A stretch of 64,000 nucleotides of DNA. Origin: Rhodosorus marinus CCMP1338 (lineage: Eukaryota; Plantae; Rhodophyta). Shown here in pieces: positions 12,301 through 24,505 of the stretch. A program made the position numbers and the translations under genes. Location: contig JAMWBK010000008.1 of assembly GCA_029953675.1 (NCBI GenBank), positions 248,001-312,000 of the forward strand. Reading direction: 5' to 3'. Positions within the stretch are counted from its first letter, which is position 1. Each line of letters opens with the position of its first letter. The notes beneath the pieces were generated by a model. The model was not told the DNA's origin and made no database searches. It saw only the letters and a list, made by a program, of their open reading frames with translations.

Positions 12301-12756
12301 ATGCCCCACATATTTTTGGCGCGCGAGGAGCCCGACACTTCTTATAGCTGTTGTACTTTTATACAGTACACCTCAGGCCCAAACTGCTCCACCTTTTGCA
12401 CCTTTTGCACCTTTTTGCAGAAGCCGTCCGGGTCGCGTTTGGGGCGAGAGAGCCAGTCCCCAGGACATTTTCTCGCCTGGCGTTTTGATTTGCGAGTGGG
12501 TTTGTTGAAGGACCTATGGCAAGAAGCGCTATCCACGATGGAAGCTGATTTCTGGGAAGCAAGGGTTGCATTAGCACGCGCGCAGAGTAGCACAGAAGTC
12601 GCGTCGGAGAAGGTGCTCGAAAGCCCAAATTCAGTACTACCCATGGACGGAACGGCACGTGCGAGCCGGCAGCGGTTGAAGGTGAGCTCGAAAAAAGCTT
12701 CCAGAATCCCGATTGAGTCCTTATGGACTGTCGACTTCATAGAATACGAGTACTAA
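12301..12756 (+). CDS. Hypothetical 151-aa ORF; the antisense frame is also open
   Basis: Open frame only. Contains a 9-bp tandem CTTTTGCAC at ~12391-12420. No family recognised. Confidence 0.2.
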   Translation: MPHIFLAREEPDTSYSCCTFIQYTSGPNCSTFCTFCTFLQKPSGSRLGRESQSPGHFLAWRFDLRVGLLKDLWQEALSTMEADFWEARVALARAQSSTEVASEKVLESPNSVLPMDGTARASRQRLKVSSKKASRIPIESLWTVDFIEYEY

Positions 12757-13517
12757 CTAATCGCTTAGGATAGTCCAAGCTAAGAAACAACCTTAGCGCT
12801 ACAGACCGCGCTCCCCTGCCCCACCAACCGACTTGCAGAGGGATGCCACCGTATTTTTCCGCCCCTTTCTAGATGATACTTGTTCCTCAAAATTAGCAAC
12901 GCCCTAATTTATGGCCTCCCCCTGCCAACAATACTAGAGAGAACCACTTTGGAACGTTCTGTTCGTTATTCAGGGCTGAAACTAAAAAAAAAGATTGTCC
13001 CGCCAAATCGAGGAATATTTGGCTGGTTTTAGGAGAAATTAATTGGGCATTTTTTCCTTAGAATAGATTGGAGACGACCTATATCCACCGCGGGTCCGCT
13101 CGTCGCAGAAGCGTTCTGTAGGAACAAATTGGGGTTTTGCAGACGTCGTACAAGCGTCGGGTTTCGGGGTTGGTAGTTCCTTGCTAGCTATGCTTTAGAG
13201 CTTATCTCAGTGGGTTCGCAAAGTGAGGTTTTATCTGAGGGTGGCGAAAACGTCAGGCCCCAGCAAAGAGAGCTGTGGTAATCGCAGTTTTGCGTATTGA
13301 TCCCGATCGCATGTTAAGCTTGCAATGGTAGAAGTCGAGTTGCGATTGTGGTGTGAGCAAGGGTGAAGGTGAGAACGAAGTGGAAACGAGTCCGCCGGTT
13401 GGTGGCTTGAGCGCAAGTCGAATTTAAGCACTTCCCGATAGCTCGCACCTGCGCAAATTGAAACTTTTCCCAGCGGGGAAGCCTGGGTCGTTGCGAGGAA
13501 GAAGGTTATTGCTGGAA

Positions 13518-15377
13518 ATGAATGGGATGAACACGTTGCCTGGATCCGAATGTGGGTTTGATGTAGAGGGCATGACTTTCGCTACCGCACAGGGTGTATC
13601 AGGTAAAATTGCAGTTTACGATGCTCAAACTGGGGATCGCCGCAGAGATTTCAGCGCTGCCGCCGTCGGTATTGGATCTCCCTTCGCGGTAGTTGTCGGT
13701 AGCACAACGCAAACGAATTCTTCAGGAAAGACGAGATCCAAGAAGAGGGCACGAAGAAAATCGTCAGACAATGTTATATCACCTGGAAAGGAGGCTCTAG
13801 TTTGTGCTGGCTACGCAGCTGGGACTGTGCAGTTGTTTTCCCTGGCGTTTTCCGAAGGGCTTGAGCTCTCAGGTCATGATAGGAAGCCTCAGACAGCTGT
13901 GAAGTCGCTAGCGCTCAATCAAGAATCCTCAGTTTTATATTCTGCGGCTTCCGACAACTCTATTTGCAGCTGGTCAACAACATCGGGTGAGATGCTCAAG
14001 AAAGATGTCAGCACAAGTGGCCAGGCTTCGTGCCTGCGTGTCTCTCCGACCGGGACGTTGCTCGCAGTAGGCGCCACAAGGTTGGTGCTGTTAGACACGA
14101 ATACATTGAAGCCTTCTCGAGTGTTCGTCGGCCACGCAAGTACTGTTACGGACATTGTTTTTGCTTCCGACGAGATTATCTATTCTGGGTGCAGCGGAGA
14201 CCGACATGTGTCCAGGTGGGAGACCACAAGCTCCAAGGAAACGTCGGTGGCTTCGTATCTCGCTTCAGCACCAACTACTAGCCTGTCAACCGATGGCAAG
14301 GACCATCTCGCTGCTCTGGGTACCGATGGCATCGTAAGCATATTCAAAGTATCAAAGGCGGGAAAACCGTACAGTACAGTACAACCGAACGTGTTGTCAG
14401 TGTCCATGCCTCGGCCCGGCTATATTGTTGTCGCTCACGGATCAAAGCTGAAGCCTCAATTTGAATCGTTTGAGGTAGAAAAAGGTTTTGTTGAGCTCGA
14501 GTACGAGCCAAGGGAGCAAACTGGTGACTTGACCGGAGAACAGTTCCGGAGCGGTAAACACATCCTCGATGCAGAACGCAGAGCGAAGGTCCTGACAACT
14601 GACGTTCTTGAAAAGAAACCAGTTCTGGAAATTAAGAAGACTGACCGTGAAGAAACTGACCAAAGCAATGGTGTGGATGACGAGGATGATGAGGATGATG
14701 AGAATGAGGGGCCCAGTATAGAGGAGAAATTGGCGCAGATCGGGGTTAAATCGGCTGGTGATACGGAGGATGACAGCCAAGACCGCTTAGGACCACTTGA
14801 ACGAGGGGGAGGCGCAGACTCAGTTGCCTATGTATTAGGCCAGGCCCTGAAAACAAAGGATGGCGTTTTGCTGGAGAAAGCTCTTTCCTCCGTACGAAAG
14901 CGTTCTGAGATTGAGTCCACTCTTGTGAAGCTCTCTGCCGACTATATTGTTCCTTTGTTGCTTGCGCTCTCCGCGAGGCTTCGATCCCGGCCTAGAAGAG
15001 CAGCGACACTCTCAGTTTGGCTGCGGGCGCTGGTGATCGAACATGCAAGTCTGCTTCGAGACTCAAGCGGTGGTGAAGTAAGTCAGGCGCTTGCGAGTTT
15101 ACACCAGAGCGTGGAAGAACGCGTACGCCTTCACCAGCGCTTTGCTGCATTGGACGGTCGTCTAGAACTTATTCTCGCGCAAGCAAAGCGGGTGGCGTCT
15201 GTGCGAGAGTCAGAGCTCGTCCAAGATCGACCAGTCCTTGAATACGTGGTCGAAGAAGAAGATGCGGAGGAGCGGGAGGATGGCGAAAGAGCTGATGCTG
15301 ATGTCGGAGACAGCGAGGAAGGGGACGAACAATTTGAAGGGCATAGTGATGAAGATGTAGATCTCGACATGGAGTGA
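13518..15377 (+). CDS. UTP5: WD40-repeat SSU processome protein UTP5/WDR43, single exon
   Basis: N-terminal WD repeats, acidic linker, Utp12/Dip2 domain (VLGQALKTKDGVLLEKAL...IESTLVKL...LSVWLRALVIEHAS...LDGRLELILAQ) and an acidic tail. Start is ATG 13518 or 13572. Confidence 0.9.
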   Translation: MNGMNTLPGSECGFDVEGMTFATAQGVSGKIAVYDAQTGDRRRDFSAAAVGIGSPFAVVVGSTTQTNSSGKTRSKKRARRKSSDNVISPGKEALVCAGYAAGTVQLFSLAFSEGLELSGHDRKPQTAVKSLALNQESSVLYSAASDNSICSWSTTSGEMLKKDVSTSGQASCLRVSPTGTLLAVGATRLVLLDTNTLKPSRVFVGHASTVTDIVFASDEIIYSGCSGDRHVSRWETTSSKETSVASYLASAPTTSLSTDGKDHLAALGTDGIVSIFKVSKAGKPYSTVQPNVLSVSMPRPGYIVVAHGSKLKPQFESFEVEKGFVELEYEPREQTGDLTGEQFRSGKHILDAERRAKVLTTDVLEKKPVLEIKKTDREETDQSNGVDDEDDEDDENEGPSIEEKLAQIGVKSAGDTEDDSQDRLGPLERGGGADSVAYVLGQALKTKDGVLLEKALSSVRKRSEIESTLVKLSADYIVPLLLALSARLRSRPRRAATLSVWLRALVIEHASLLRDSSGGEVSQALASLHQSVEERVRLHQRFAALDGRLELILAQAKRVASVRESELVQDRPVLEYVVEEEDAEEREDGERADADVGDSEEGDEQFEGHSDEDVDLDME

Positions 15378-15400
15378 AACAGACGCATGCGGCTGATCGG

Positions 15401-16164
15401 TTAAAAGTACCAGAGGACCTCGCGGCGAAAAGGAAAGAAGGGGTCCACCGATGTGTCGTACAAAAGAACTTTATGCCTCAGACCACGGAAGGGAGCGAGC
15501 TCCAGTCTGCTTTCAAGAGCTTGGGTGCGGTCGCGTTCCGTCGGGAACGTTGACCAACCTTTGGGGAGAAAAGCACCAAGCCAAGCCAAGCTGGGGGACG
15601 AGAAATGTTCATAAGCCTGCTGCTTAGGTACAGCGTCGGAGTCCCATCTTTGGTTCAACTTATTATCCCCTGTGCATTTACATTGCGAACTAACTAAAGG
15701 ATAAAAGAGAAACGTGAAGACCAACGATAGTAGCCGCTGGTGCTCCATGGAAGTCCTGAACTACTCCGCCATATCTCCGGCCCCTTTCCTAGGGTGTCAT
15801 GAGCAACCTCCGGCATCTTCCCGCACAGTTCCAGACTCGACCAAACGACAAGTATCAGCGCGCACACTCGCATTTGCTGTCCGGAGCACTTCACAAACAA
15901 CTAGCAATTAGACTCCTTCGTTTCAGAATCTATCAGCCTCGAAATGGGATGATCTCGGCGAGAGTCCTTCGCAACTCCTAATTTGCACTCACAGAGCAAC
16001 CCGTCGACATCGGCAAACACAAAGGTGCCTTCGGCATGATAGCGGCAGAGCAAAACAAAATCCGCGCACAGGAGAACAGACAGAGCGCGCACGGCTTCGC
16101 GAGACGACGATCGGAGCCTTCGGGTGTACAGAGGTACCCGGAAAGGGCTGCTCACAGACACCAT
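15401..16164 (-). CDS. Possible hypothetical multi-exon gene
   Basis: Chain of minus-strand ORFs (15901-16164, 15694-15900, 15401-15748). No motif recognised; could be RPB11 3' UTR. Confidence 0.2.
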
Positions 16165-16198
16165 TCTCAGCGCAGTGAAGCGATCGCTCCGGGTTTCG

Positions 16199-16648
16199 TC
16201 ATCGACGATGATATGGGACGTTCATACTTGCGTGGATCTCAAACTGCTTTTTCATGCGTTCCTCCAGAAGAGCAAAATCACTCTGCAGGTCCTCAATAGC
16301 TTGGATGAAACTCTCCACTGGGCCTAGCTTGCCTTCTTCGAGCTTTTTAGATTGTACCCTGAGGATGAAGTGATGCTCAAGCGGATGCGGGATTCGGTAT
16401 CCAACAAAGTTTACATTATCATCTCTCAACAGTTGCATACGAAGTAAGTTGCCAAGCGTATGGTCCTCTCTCTCTATCTTGAACTGGGCCCAAGTTGGAT
16501 ACTGCTCGTCGACAACAAATTCTATCCTACCCCGATCCGCAAAATTCGATTAGACGAAACACATAGGAAGAAAGGAGGAGGAAAACACTTACTTCTTGAC
16601 CCCGTCCGGTAATACGACGGCTTCAAAACGATCTGGAGCATTAGACAT
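16199..16648 (-). CDS. RPB11: RNA polymerase II subunit RPB11, 2 exons
   Basis: MSNAPDRFEAVVLPDGVK|KIEF...EREDHTLGNLLRMQLLRDDNVNFVGYRIPHPLEH. GTAAGT...TAG intron. Confidence 0.95.
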
Positions 16649-16906
16649 CCTACCACAGCAAAACCAAAAGAAGACCAAGCAAGGCAGCGCGTCGCAGCGA
16701 ACTTCGAGGCCACCAAACCGAGCCACCTGACCAAATCACTTTAAACCCAGCACCAAGGTCATTCAGGAACCTTTGTCACAATCAAAAGCTTCCGCGGACT
16801 TCAACCTTTGCCTTAACAAGCGTTCACGCTCTCTCGTCAAATGTGTGCTTTGGTTGTGAGAATTACACAATCCAACTGGGAGCAACCCAACTCCGCGCTA
16901 CAATCG

Positions 16907-18666
16907 ATGTCCGCCGAATTGTTCTTGGACCCGGCCGCGCGGCAAGCTCAAGGATCTGATCATGAGCAGGTCTCAACGAAGAAACCGAAGTCCGGGTGCT
17001 AGTGCGGTTTGTCAGTCATATAGCTGAGGAGCTGACGCAGGTTGATGCATGCTCAAAAGCAGGCTATTGAGATTAACAAGCGGAAGGGGACATGTTTTAG
17101 CATCTGCTTAAGTGTTTTCCTCCGATTTACGGTGCGAGGGAGAAGGGGGAATTCGCTATTACCGGCTTGACGTTCGAAGTTCCTACAATTTGCATGGACG
17201 ATGGACAGTGAGGCAGTTGCATCGTTCTATAATGAGCGGGTCAATGATAAAACAGAGAGACGGACGTCGAGGATCTTGCGCATGCGCAACTTCAACAACT
17301 GGGTCAAGGCGGTCCTGATCCAACTGCACACGCGGCCGAATTATAGTGTACTTGATCTCGCGTGCGGAAAAGGCGGTGATCTGTTGAAGTGGTGGGTCCC
17401 ATTTAAACCATCCAAGCTCGAGCATTGAGAAGTATTGACGTAGTAAGGCCATGTCCTTCTTGAGCAGGGACTCTGCCGGTGTTACCTTGTACGTCGGATG
17501 TGACATTGCACGTGTTTCTCTAGAGCAAGCGATAGAACGGTACCAGAACATGAGGAAGGTGAAGTTCGACGCGATGTTCCTCCACGGCGATTGTTTCTCC
17601 GCGAGAGTTGAGAGGTACCTCTCGGACGAGGCGATGTTCGACGTAGTCAGCAGCCAGTTTGCTATTCACTACGCGTTTGAAAACGAAAAGCGGGTTCGAA
17701 GACTGCTGTAAGTTGTTTTTCTAATTTTCATCGATACCAACCCATTCGTAGGCACTCAGACGGACGTGAGAGTGCGCACCCAAGCGGTGAGCCTGGCAAC
17801 TAAACGTGAAGGGTCTGGTTTTTATGGTCCAACTTTTTGCGTCTGACAGAGAAAACGTATCATCACGATTGAAGCCCGGCGGCTTTTTCATAGGGACGAC
17901 CCCGGACGCAAACGTTCTTATCCGGAAGCTGCGCGCTGTTGAAGGGCTTGAGTTTGGTAATTCTATCTTCAACATGGCTTTCGATGGGCCGGATAAATAC
18001 TTTCCGAGAGGTAGGTTCACCTTTCGTTTTTGACCCGACCCGCAACAGAGCACATGAGCGTTGTTTCGCTTTGCCTTCATAGTTTCTCCCCCCTCGGTGG
18101 AGGCGGAAGTTGGTTCTGGTTGACTTGCTTGTGGAACCCGCTGATAATTCCTTCCTGAAGATAGGGTTTTGATTCTCTGCTGTGGTCGTAGATAAGTCTC
18201 CGTGGGGCATTCGCTACAGATTCACCTTGGACGAAAATGTTATGGACACTCCAGAGTTCCTCGTTCATTTTCCGACCTTCCAGAAGATTGCTGCCGAATA
18301 CGACCTAGAGCTGCGCTTGCTGATGAATTTTCATCAGTTCTATTTAGAGTTCATCAAGGTTCCCGAATTCCTCGAAATCTATGAGCGCCTTAAAGTTGTG
18401 GGGCAGCATGGTAGCCCTCCTCCCGAGCACCAGGTCGAAAGACACGTTGATTGGGACGTCTATCTAACAATCGGCTTGACCTGACCTTCTGGGTTTTACC
18501 TCCAGGGATAACGTACGATGAGTGGGACGCGATTTTTCTATACACCGCGTTTGTTTTCCAAAAGAGAGGCGGATCACCGGATCCCGGCCTAGACCGATCA
18601 GACATTGAGCCGATCGAGAAGCCAGAGGAGACGCTCATCCATGAGATGGAAGACGAAGACGACTAG
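16907..18666 (+). CDS. RNMT: mRNA cap guanine-N7 methyltransferase, multi-exon
   Basis: [86 protein letters not shown]. Core starts at ATG 17201; a first exon at ATG 16907 is uncertain. Confidence 0.93.
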
Positions 18667-19423
18667 AAGCATAAGTGCACATCTAACCATACTAGGCCTC
18701 CTTCGAGGTCGGACACTTGGTCACTGGACCCTGGGCATCCTGCAACCGGATATTCCTCCTAAATTAAACCACAAACACAAATGTTTATGTACTCCAATTA
18801 TATATATTCCCGCCAGTTTTTTGCCCAGTTCATAATATTCTAATTATTACTCGATTTCTTACAAAACATTCGATTCCTTACTAGTGACCATGTGTCTCCT
18901 CCGGATCATAAAACAGAAATTTTGATAATTCTCAGAAAACGAGAAAACACAAAAAAAAAAAAACCTCCAAACGCCTTGGAAACCCCCGCACAGGACTACT
19001 TCCAGTGTCACGTACGAACGGGTGTCCCTGAGCCCCATTTTTGTGGGGGTTATTTCATTTTGGAAAATAATTCAATTGAAACAAGGTTGTGCCCAAAAGT
19101 TTTGAAAATTCTATCATAGCTTTGTTTTGCCTCTGGAAGTAAGTTCGTTTTTTTTTGGTTTTGGCGTACTGTTTTTCAAGTCCCGTCTGCTGGGGTTTTA
19201 TGGTGAAGCTGCCATGGGTAGAATTGGGGTGGGAAAACCGCTCTGCGTCCAACTTTTTGACGCTGACCGATTTTTCTTGATTGGAGGGTGGTCGCTGGGT
19301 TGTCACAATAGTAGACTAATGTGCAGTGTACCTTTCCAGAGGGCTGACTTGGAACGCACAGCTAGGGCTGAGAGCGAGGCAAGTAGACTCTAGTGGGAGG
19401 ATTATATAAAGTTCCTAAGAAAT

Positions 19424-22181
19424 ATGATTGTTTCACTGAGGAACCTGGTGGACTGCTGGAGCGAGGTTGTGCGCTCTAGGGAAGAAGCATCGGTAAGCGA
19501 TAATCGCCCATGGGAGCTTGAAGCGGCTGGGGGGGATCTTGGCAAATGTTCGGATGTTGAACTATGCGTGCTTTTCACTGTTCTACAGGGACCAGTGTTG
19601 CTTTTCGTCGCGCTGGATGATTGCGATGCTATTGCCACCGCAATGTCCGTGATGGCCCTCTTGAAGGCCGACCTCGTACGCTATGAGGTGGTTCCAGTTG
19701 TTGACCTTGGTCAGCTTGCAGACCGTTTCAAGGAAATGGCTAAACCCGCAGAGCCGCGCAGCGCAGTGTTCATTAATTGCGGAGCAAGGGTGTGTTGTAG
19801 AAAGAAGGAGAGCAAGTTCTGTGACATACGACAGATATCTAAGAAAAGTTTTTTTTTTCTGTTTTCTTGACGGTGCCTAGGTTGATCTCGAGAAACTTCT
19901 CAGCCTGGAAACTGTTGAAGATGAAGCGCTCAAAGTATTTGTGCTGGATTCTTGTCGCCCGTTCCACTTGAACAATATTGAGAGCACTAGAGTTCAGCTT
20001 TTCGACGACGCTCTCCAGCCCGTCGATCAATCGTCACTCCCTCTTTGTGGTTACGAGGTATGGTTGAATTGTATCTGATATCTGGCACACGGAGCGGGGC
20101 GGAATGCACTCATGTTCAGTAACGCTCATCACCACCGTTCCCGGCTTTGTAAAGGATGCATATGGGTTTGTTGAGGTGGAAATGGAAGATGAATCGGCAG
20201 GAAGCGATGTCGAAGCGGAGGATGATGTCGTTTTCGGGTCTGACATCGAGTACGAGAGCGATGCCAATGAGGTGGATGGCACTAATGGTAAGTGCGAGAG
20301 TTCATGAAAAGTGTAAAGCTCATGCGGGAAATGAGTGATTGAGATAGCAACACGGCGCGATCTCCGCAGCTAAGTACAACCTCTTGTACTGTCTCTTGTA
20401 CCCAGATCGAAGCAAAAAGCGACACTCTAGTAGGAAGAAGGAAAAGACAAAGAAAAGAGCCCGCCAGAACGTGGAGGTTGACTCGGACATGCGCCATCGG
20501 GCATATGACTACTACTCGAGGTAGGCAGTCTTCTGATGGGCCTTCTGCAAAACTGATGACTAATTTCGAGGCTCCACTCCGATGTATCTCAACAAATACC
20601 CACAACTCGAACAAAACGCAGCTGCCACGTGGCCACACCCTCGGCGCTAGTGTGCTACTTGCTTTCCATGGACCTGAAAAAGGAAAATCCCACCTTGCTA
20701 TGGTTGGCAACAGTTGGTATCGCAGACCACTTCATCTTTGGAAAGTCTACGAACGAGTCCTATGAGGAAAGCGCGTCGCTACTGAAAGGTAAAACCTGCG
20801 GGTTCCAGAACAAATTGCCTCAAAGGAAAAGGGCGGTATGGCCAAACGAAAAAGAGGCTATGGCAGACTCAATCATCACTTTTCGAACTGTGCGTCCTTG
20901 TTTTAGGGCAGCTAGAAAGATTTTACAACGAGCAGGAAGCCCAAACTGGAAGCAAGCAGTACGAAAATAATTCCCAATCGCTCAGTTCCTCTCTCGATGC
21001 CGAGGAGGTGATTCAGCACGTGGATGAACCGCGACTGGAGCTACTGCGCCATTGGAACCTGTTCGATGCTGTACTATACTCGACATATATGTGCTCAAAA
21101 CTCTCCACCTGGCGACAGACAGGTCGAAGACGCGTGTTGGAATTTCTAGCTACTCTAGGTAAGTCATTTTACAGATGAAAGACCGCCTTGCGCTTTTTTC
21201 CACCTTTCGCTCACTTTGTCAGAACGAAATCGCAACTCCTCTACGAAGGTATTCCGATCCGTGTCGCGCAGCAGAGATGGCAACACCTCTCGCGCGAAAG
21301 CCGTAACGTCCTAGAAGATCCTTCCCTGGAGACCACGCTCGGGAGGCTAGGTTTGAACGACTTTCACCGTGACGGATTTGTCAAGACGAAAGGAGGTTAC
21401 AAGGCAAGCGTTTCAGCTGTAGACGTCGTCCTGGCAGTGGCGTCGACGCTTGAAGTCGATAATCCCGAAGGTTTGGAAATAGACCCGAATAGTTTCCTCC
21501 CAGGGGGAACCCTGGATGGCGGAATCTGTATCTACCGAACTAAAAGGTAGTGTGTGGTTCTTTTTGCCACCCTCGAAGGGAGACACAACGTACCGGGCGA
21601 GAACGTTTGGGAGAGCTTGTTCTGGAAAGCCTACGACATCTTGGGCGCAGGGCTTGGCGATGTGACCTTGGAGAGGGGCATGGACCTGGCATCGAGAATG
21701 CAGATGCTACTAGTGCAGGTTGGCGGCCAGGTGATTGATCAGCGCGCATTTGTTTCCTCCGGTACATTTCGCTATGCCGTGTTGAGGGACGGACAATACC
21801 AGGAGGCAGTTCGACATCCGCTGGTAATCACACGCCTCGCTCATTTCCTCATGGATGCTCTGGAGGCCCAAGGAGAAAAGCCCAAGCCGTTCGTGATCAT
21901 TGCACCGTTGACCGAAAAGAGTAAGCCATGTCGGAGAATGCTCACGTCAAACTTGGCTGCAAAGATTTCTGTTCACTGAAGCTTCTCCGCTCAAAGGTAC
22001 ATGGCTAGCGGTTGCCGTCACTCGGGCGAGCACGTACAACGACTTTGGCCTGCGCTTTCGGACAGCTGCAGCAAAGAACGGCACAAAGATTGTCGATCAT
22101 GGCTTCTGTCCGCATATAGTGGAGGTAGCAGACGGCCAAGAAACGGAGTTTGTGCGATTTCTTCATGACGTCATGGGATAA
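19424..22181 (+). CDS. CDC45: DNA replication initiation factor CDC45, multi-exon
   Basis: VALDDCDAIA, FINCGA, VFVLDSCRPFHLNNI, LLWLATVGIADHF, PRLELLRHWNLFDA, SVSAVDVV, FWKAYDIL, FGLRFR, FVRFLHDVMG*. Confidence 0.93.
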
Positions 22182-22725
22182 CCCGCCGTCTCCTTTTACC
22201 TCGGCATGGTTCGAATATTTCAGACTGTAACACCCTCACTCCTATTAACTCAGCCAAGATCCACGAAAGCGGATTTGTGCTTTCACCGCCCTGAGAGGTC
22301 AAACAAATAACAGATTGTATGTAAATCAAAATGCTGAAGGAAGCCTTCTCTCCGATCATCCTCAATTTTCCTGTTGTTCCCCACGTCGACAAATACCGAC
22401 AAACTAAAAACATCACACCGACTAGCAGATTGTGCGTGTTCACCCTGAGCAACCGCGGAACTGATAACATGTCAGACAGTCTGCACTAGAAAGAGTCTGG
22501 CGATTCAGGTGCGGTCTTTCTCCCTCTGAGAAGCAATATCAATCACAACTCAGTACCTGTACAATGCGGAGTTCCCCAGAGCCCCGGACATGCATGCAAC
22601 GCTGTGTACATCGGCCACTTTTCGGGTGGCGCCCAATAAGCTCCACTACAACGCTCTTAAAGAAAAATAAAATTTTAATCTTTTGCTCTGCTCACGTTTC
22701 TTACGTATTCGTGCGTGCTTTGAGA

Positions 22726-23025
22726 CTATTCGTGGACCGGCTCTTCTGAAGCATGCTCTACGTGCTTCTCTGGTAAAGGGAGCTGCATGGACTCCGTCTT
22801 TGCCAGCCTCTCTCTGATGACTATCATCTCGAGCACACTAACATATCCGACAACACTCAAACCGAAGAAAATATGCCAGCCCTGCAATTGAGGCTTCTTG
22901 TGGTAATATTTGACCATCCTATCGAACGCTTGTTTGTATGTATCTTCTTTAAACAAGCTTCCCACACGCCTTCCGAGCCCTTCAAAACCGCCGCTAATTA
23001 ACTGCTCAACCGGTACCTGCACCAT
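22726..23025 (-). CDS. Probable mitochondrial ATP synthase subunit f (plant-type), ~79 aa after splicing
   Basis: YKQAFDRMVKYYHKK..WHIFFGLSVVGY|LPLPEKHVEH resembles the land-plant subunit f pattern (AVQRGLDxYHAKY..LYHVCFGGMIFSY..LPEERRHLEH), compared from memory. 60-nt GTTAGT...CAG intron at 22783-22842. Confidence 0.5.
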   Translation of the reverse strand: MVQVPVEQLISGGFEGLGRRVGSLFKEDTYKQAFDRMVKYYHKKPQLQGWHIFFGLSVVGYVSVLEMIVIRERLAKTESMQLPLPEKHVEHASEEPVHE

Positions 23026-24210
23026 CCTTCCTCAAAAAAAAAATACACAACCCCTCCACTAGCTCAACTCCAATCCAACGATTTCTTCTTCCCCGCAAGA
23101 AACCGAACGATTTCAACACACACACACAAGGATATGCGTACCTCTTTTGTAACGCCAAGCTTTTCTTACTCCTTCAAACCAAAACACATCCGGCCCCTCT
23201 CCTATGCCCTCGCGCAACCTCCCTCCCCCTTCCTCCTCCCAGTGAGCACCGATCGATTCTGCCCGATTTTTGGACCCTCCAAAAAACAGGCTCAAGAAGA
23301 TTAATCCAAAAGTTTACCAAATTATAGAAGCTGTCAAGGTCTCATTTAAGTGTCACAGGAAATCGGTTCCCTTGAAACAATTGGGCAGCAGCAGCGCTAG
23401 GCGGAAAAAACTAACCTGTACCTCAAGCAAACCTTTTTTCCCTGCTTTTCTTCAACAGCAAATCGAACCCAGACCCTAAGTCAATCACAAAAGTACCGAA
23501 ATAGACTGATCACTGATTTTACAAAATGATACATATACAAACCATTATAATGATTGATGATTCCTGCAGGCTACGGCAATCTGTGGATCATCCCACAACA
23601 ATCAATATTTCTAGTGTTATACTAGTCTTCGTAGTAATCTAATTTTGGTAGTTTCTCGGGTTTGACAGCTGTCCGCAAATTCGATTAGGGGAATCGTGAG
23701 TCGTGACCTACGACGAAGGTGGTTCTAAATTCTAGTTTATAGCGATGACGATCAGTAAATACTAGTTTCATGTTGTGGTTCGCTGTTGGGGGCATCAAAC
23801 GTAGCCTTAGTTCTAGATGCTGTTCTCTAGATTTGGTAAAGACTAGGTAATGTGGGTTTATCAAACATCGGTTTTTATTGGGGTTTGGACCATATAAACC
23901 ACAATTTCGAAACGGATCTGCATATTGGGTAAATTTTTATAGGCCTCGGATAAAAATTTCCCACAATAAAATTTAGTTGACTATATCCTTGATTTTGAGT
24001 ATCTTGTCCTATTGAAGTCTTTAATTTTGAAAGGATGTGTGCATTATCTGTCCGGACACACTTCAACCCTCCTTCTTGTTGAAACGGTCAACCGTGACCA
24101 TGCCCTCTCAACACGTAGTAGGGCATCCACACATCGCAATACATACGGTAAGACCGATATGCACATGGCATACGATGGGTGGATTCCGAATCATACCGTT
24201 GGCGCACGGT

Positions 24211-24503
24211 TGTAGCCGGACAGAACGACACCATTAGGGTCACGCTGACAACGGAGTAAGCCAGGGAGATGTCAGGCGGAGCGAGTCTAAGGGGTACCTG
24301 TAGCCAACTGCGGCACCAACAATAGAACATAGATGGCTACCAAAAATGGCACTGTGTCTAGATGAGAGATATGTAGAGGCCTAGCCTGAGGGTATAAATA
24401 GGCTAGGACGGAGTAGAATATGATAGGGCTCAGGGGGAAAAAATTCTTTGGACTTACCAAGCAACTCTTCGTGAGGGGGTTACTGAGACGAAAAGTTCCA
24501 ATA
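24211..24503 (+). repeat. Candidate 5' LTR (~290 bp)
   Basis: Begins TGTAGC, contains TATAAATA at 24393 and ends ...AAAAGTTCCA(ATA) just before a TGG-starting PBS-like motif and gag. The exact 5' boundary is uncertain. Confidence 0.6.
24393..24400 (+). promoter_or_regulatory. TATA box of the candidate LTR
   Basis: TATAAATA, flanked by the inverted repeat CCTAGCCT/AGGCTAGG. Confidence 0.55.
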
Positions 24504-24505
24504 TG

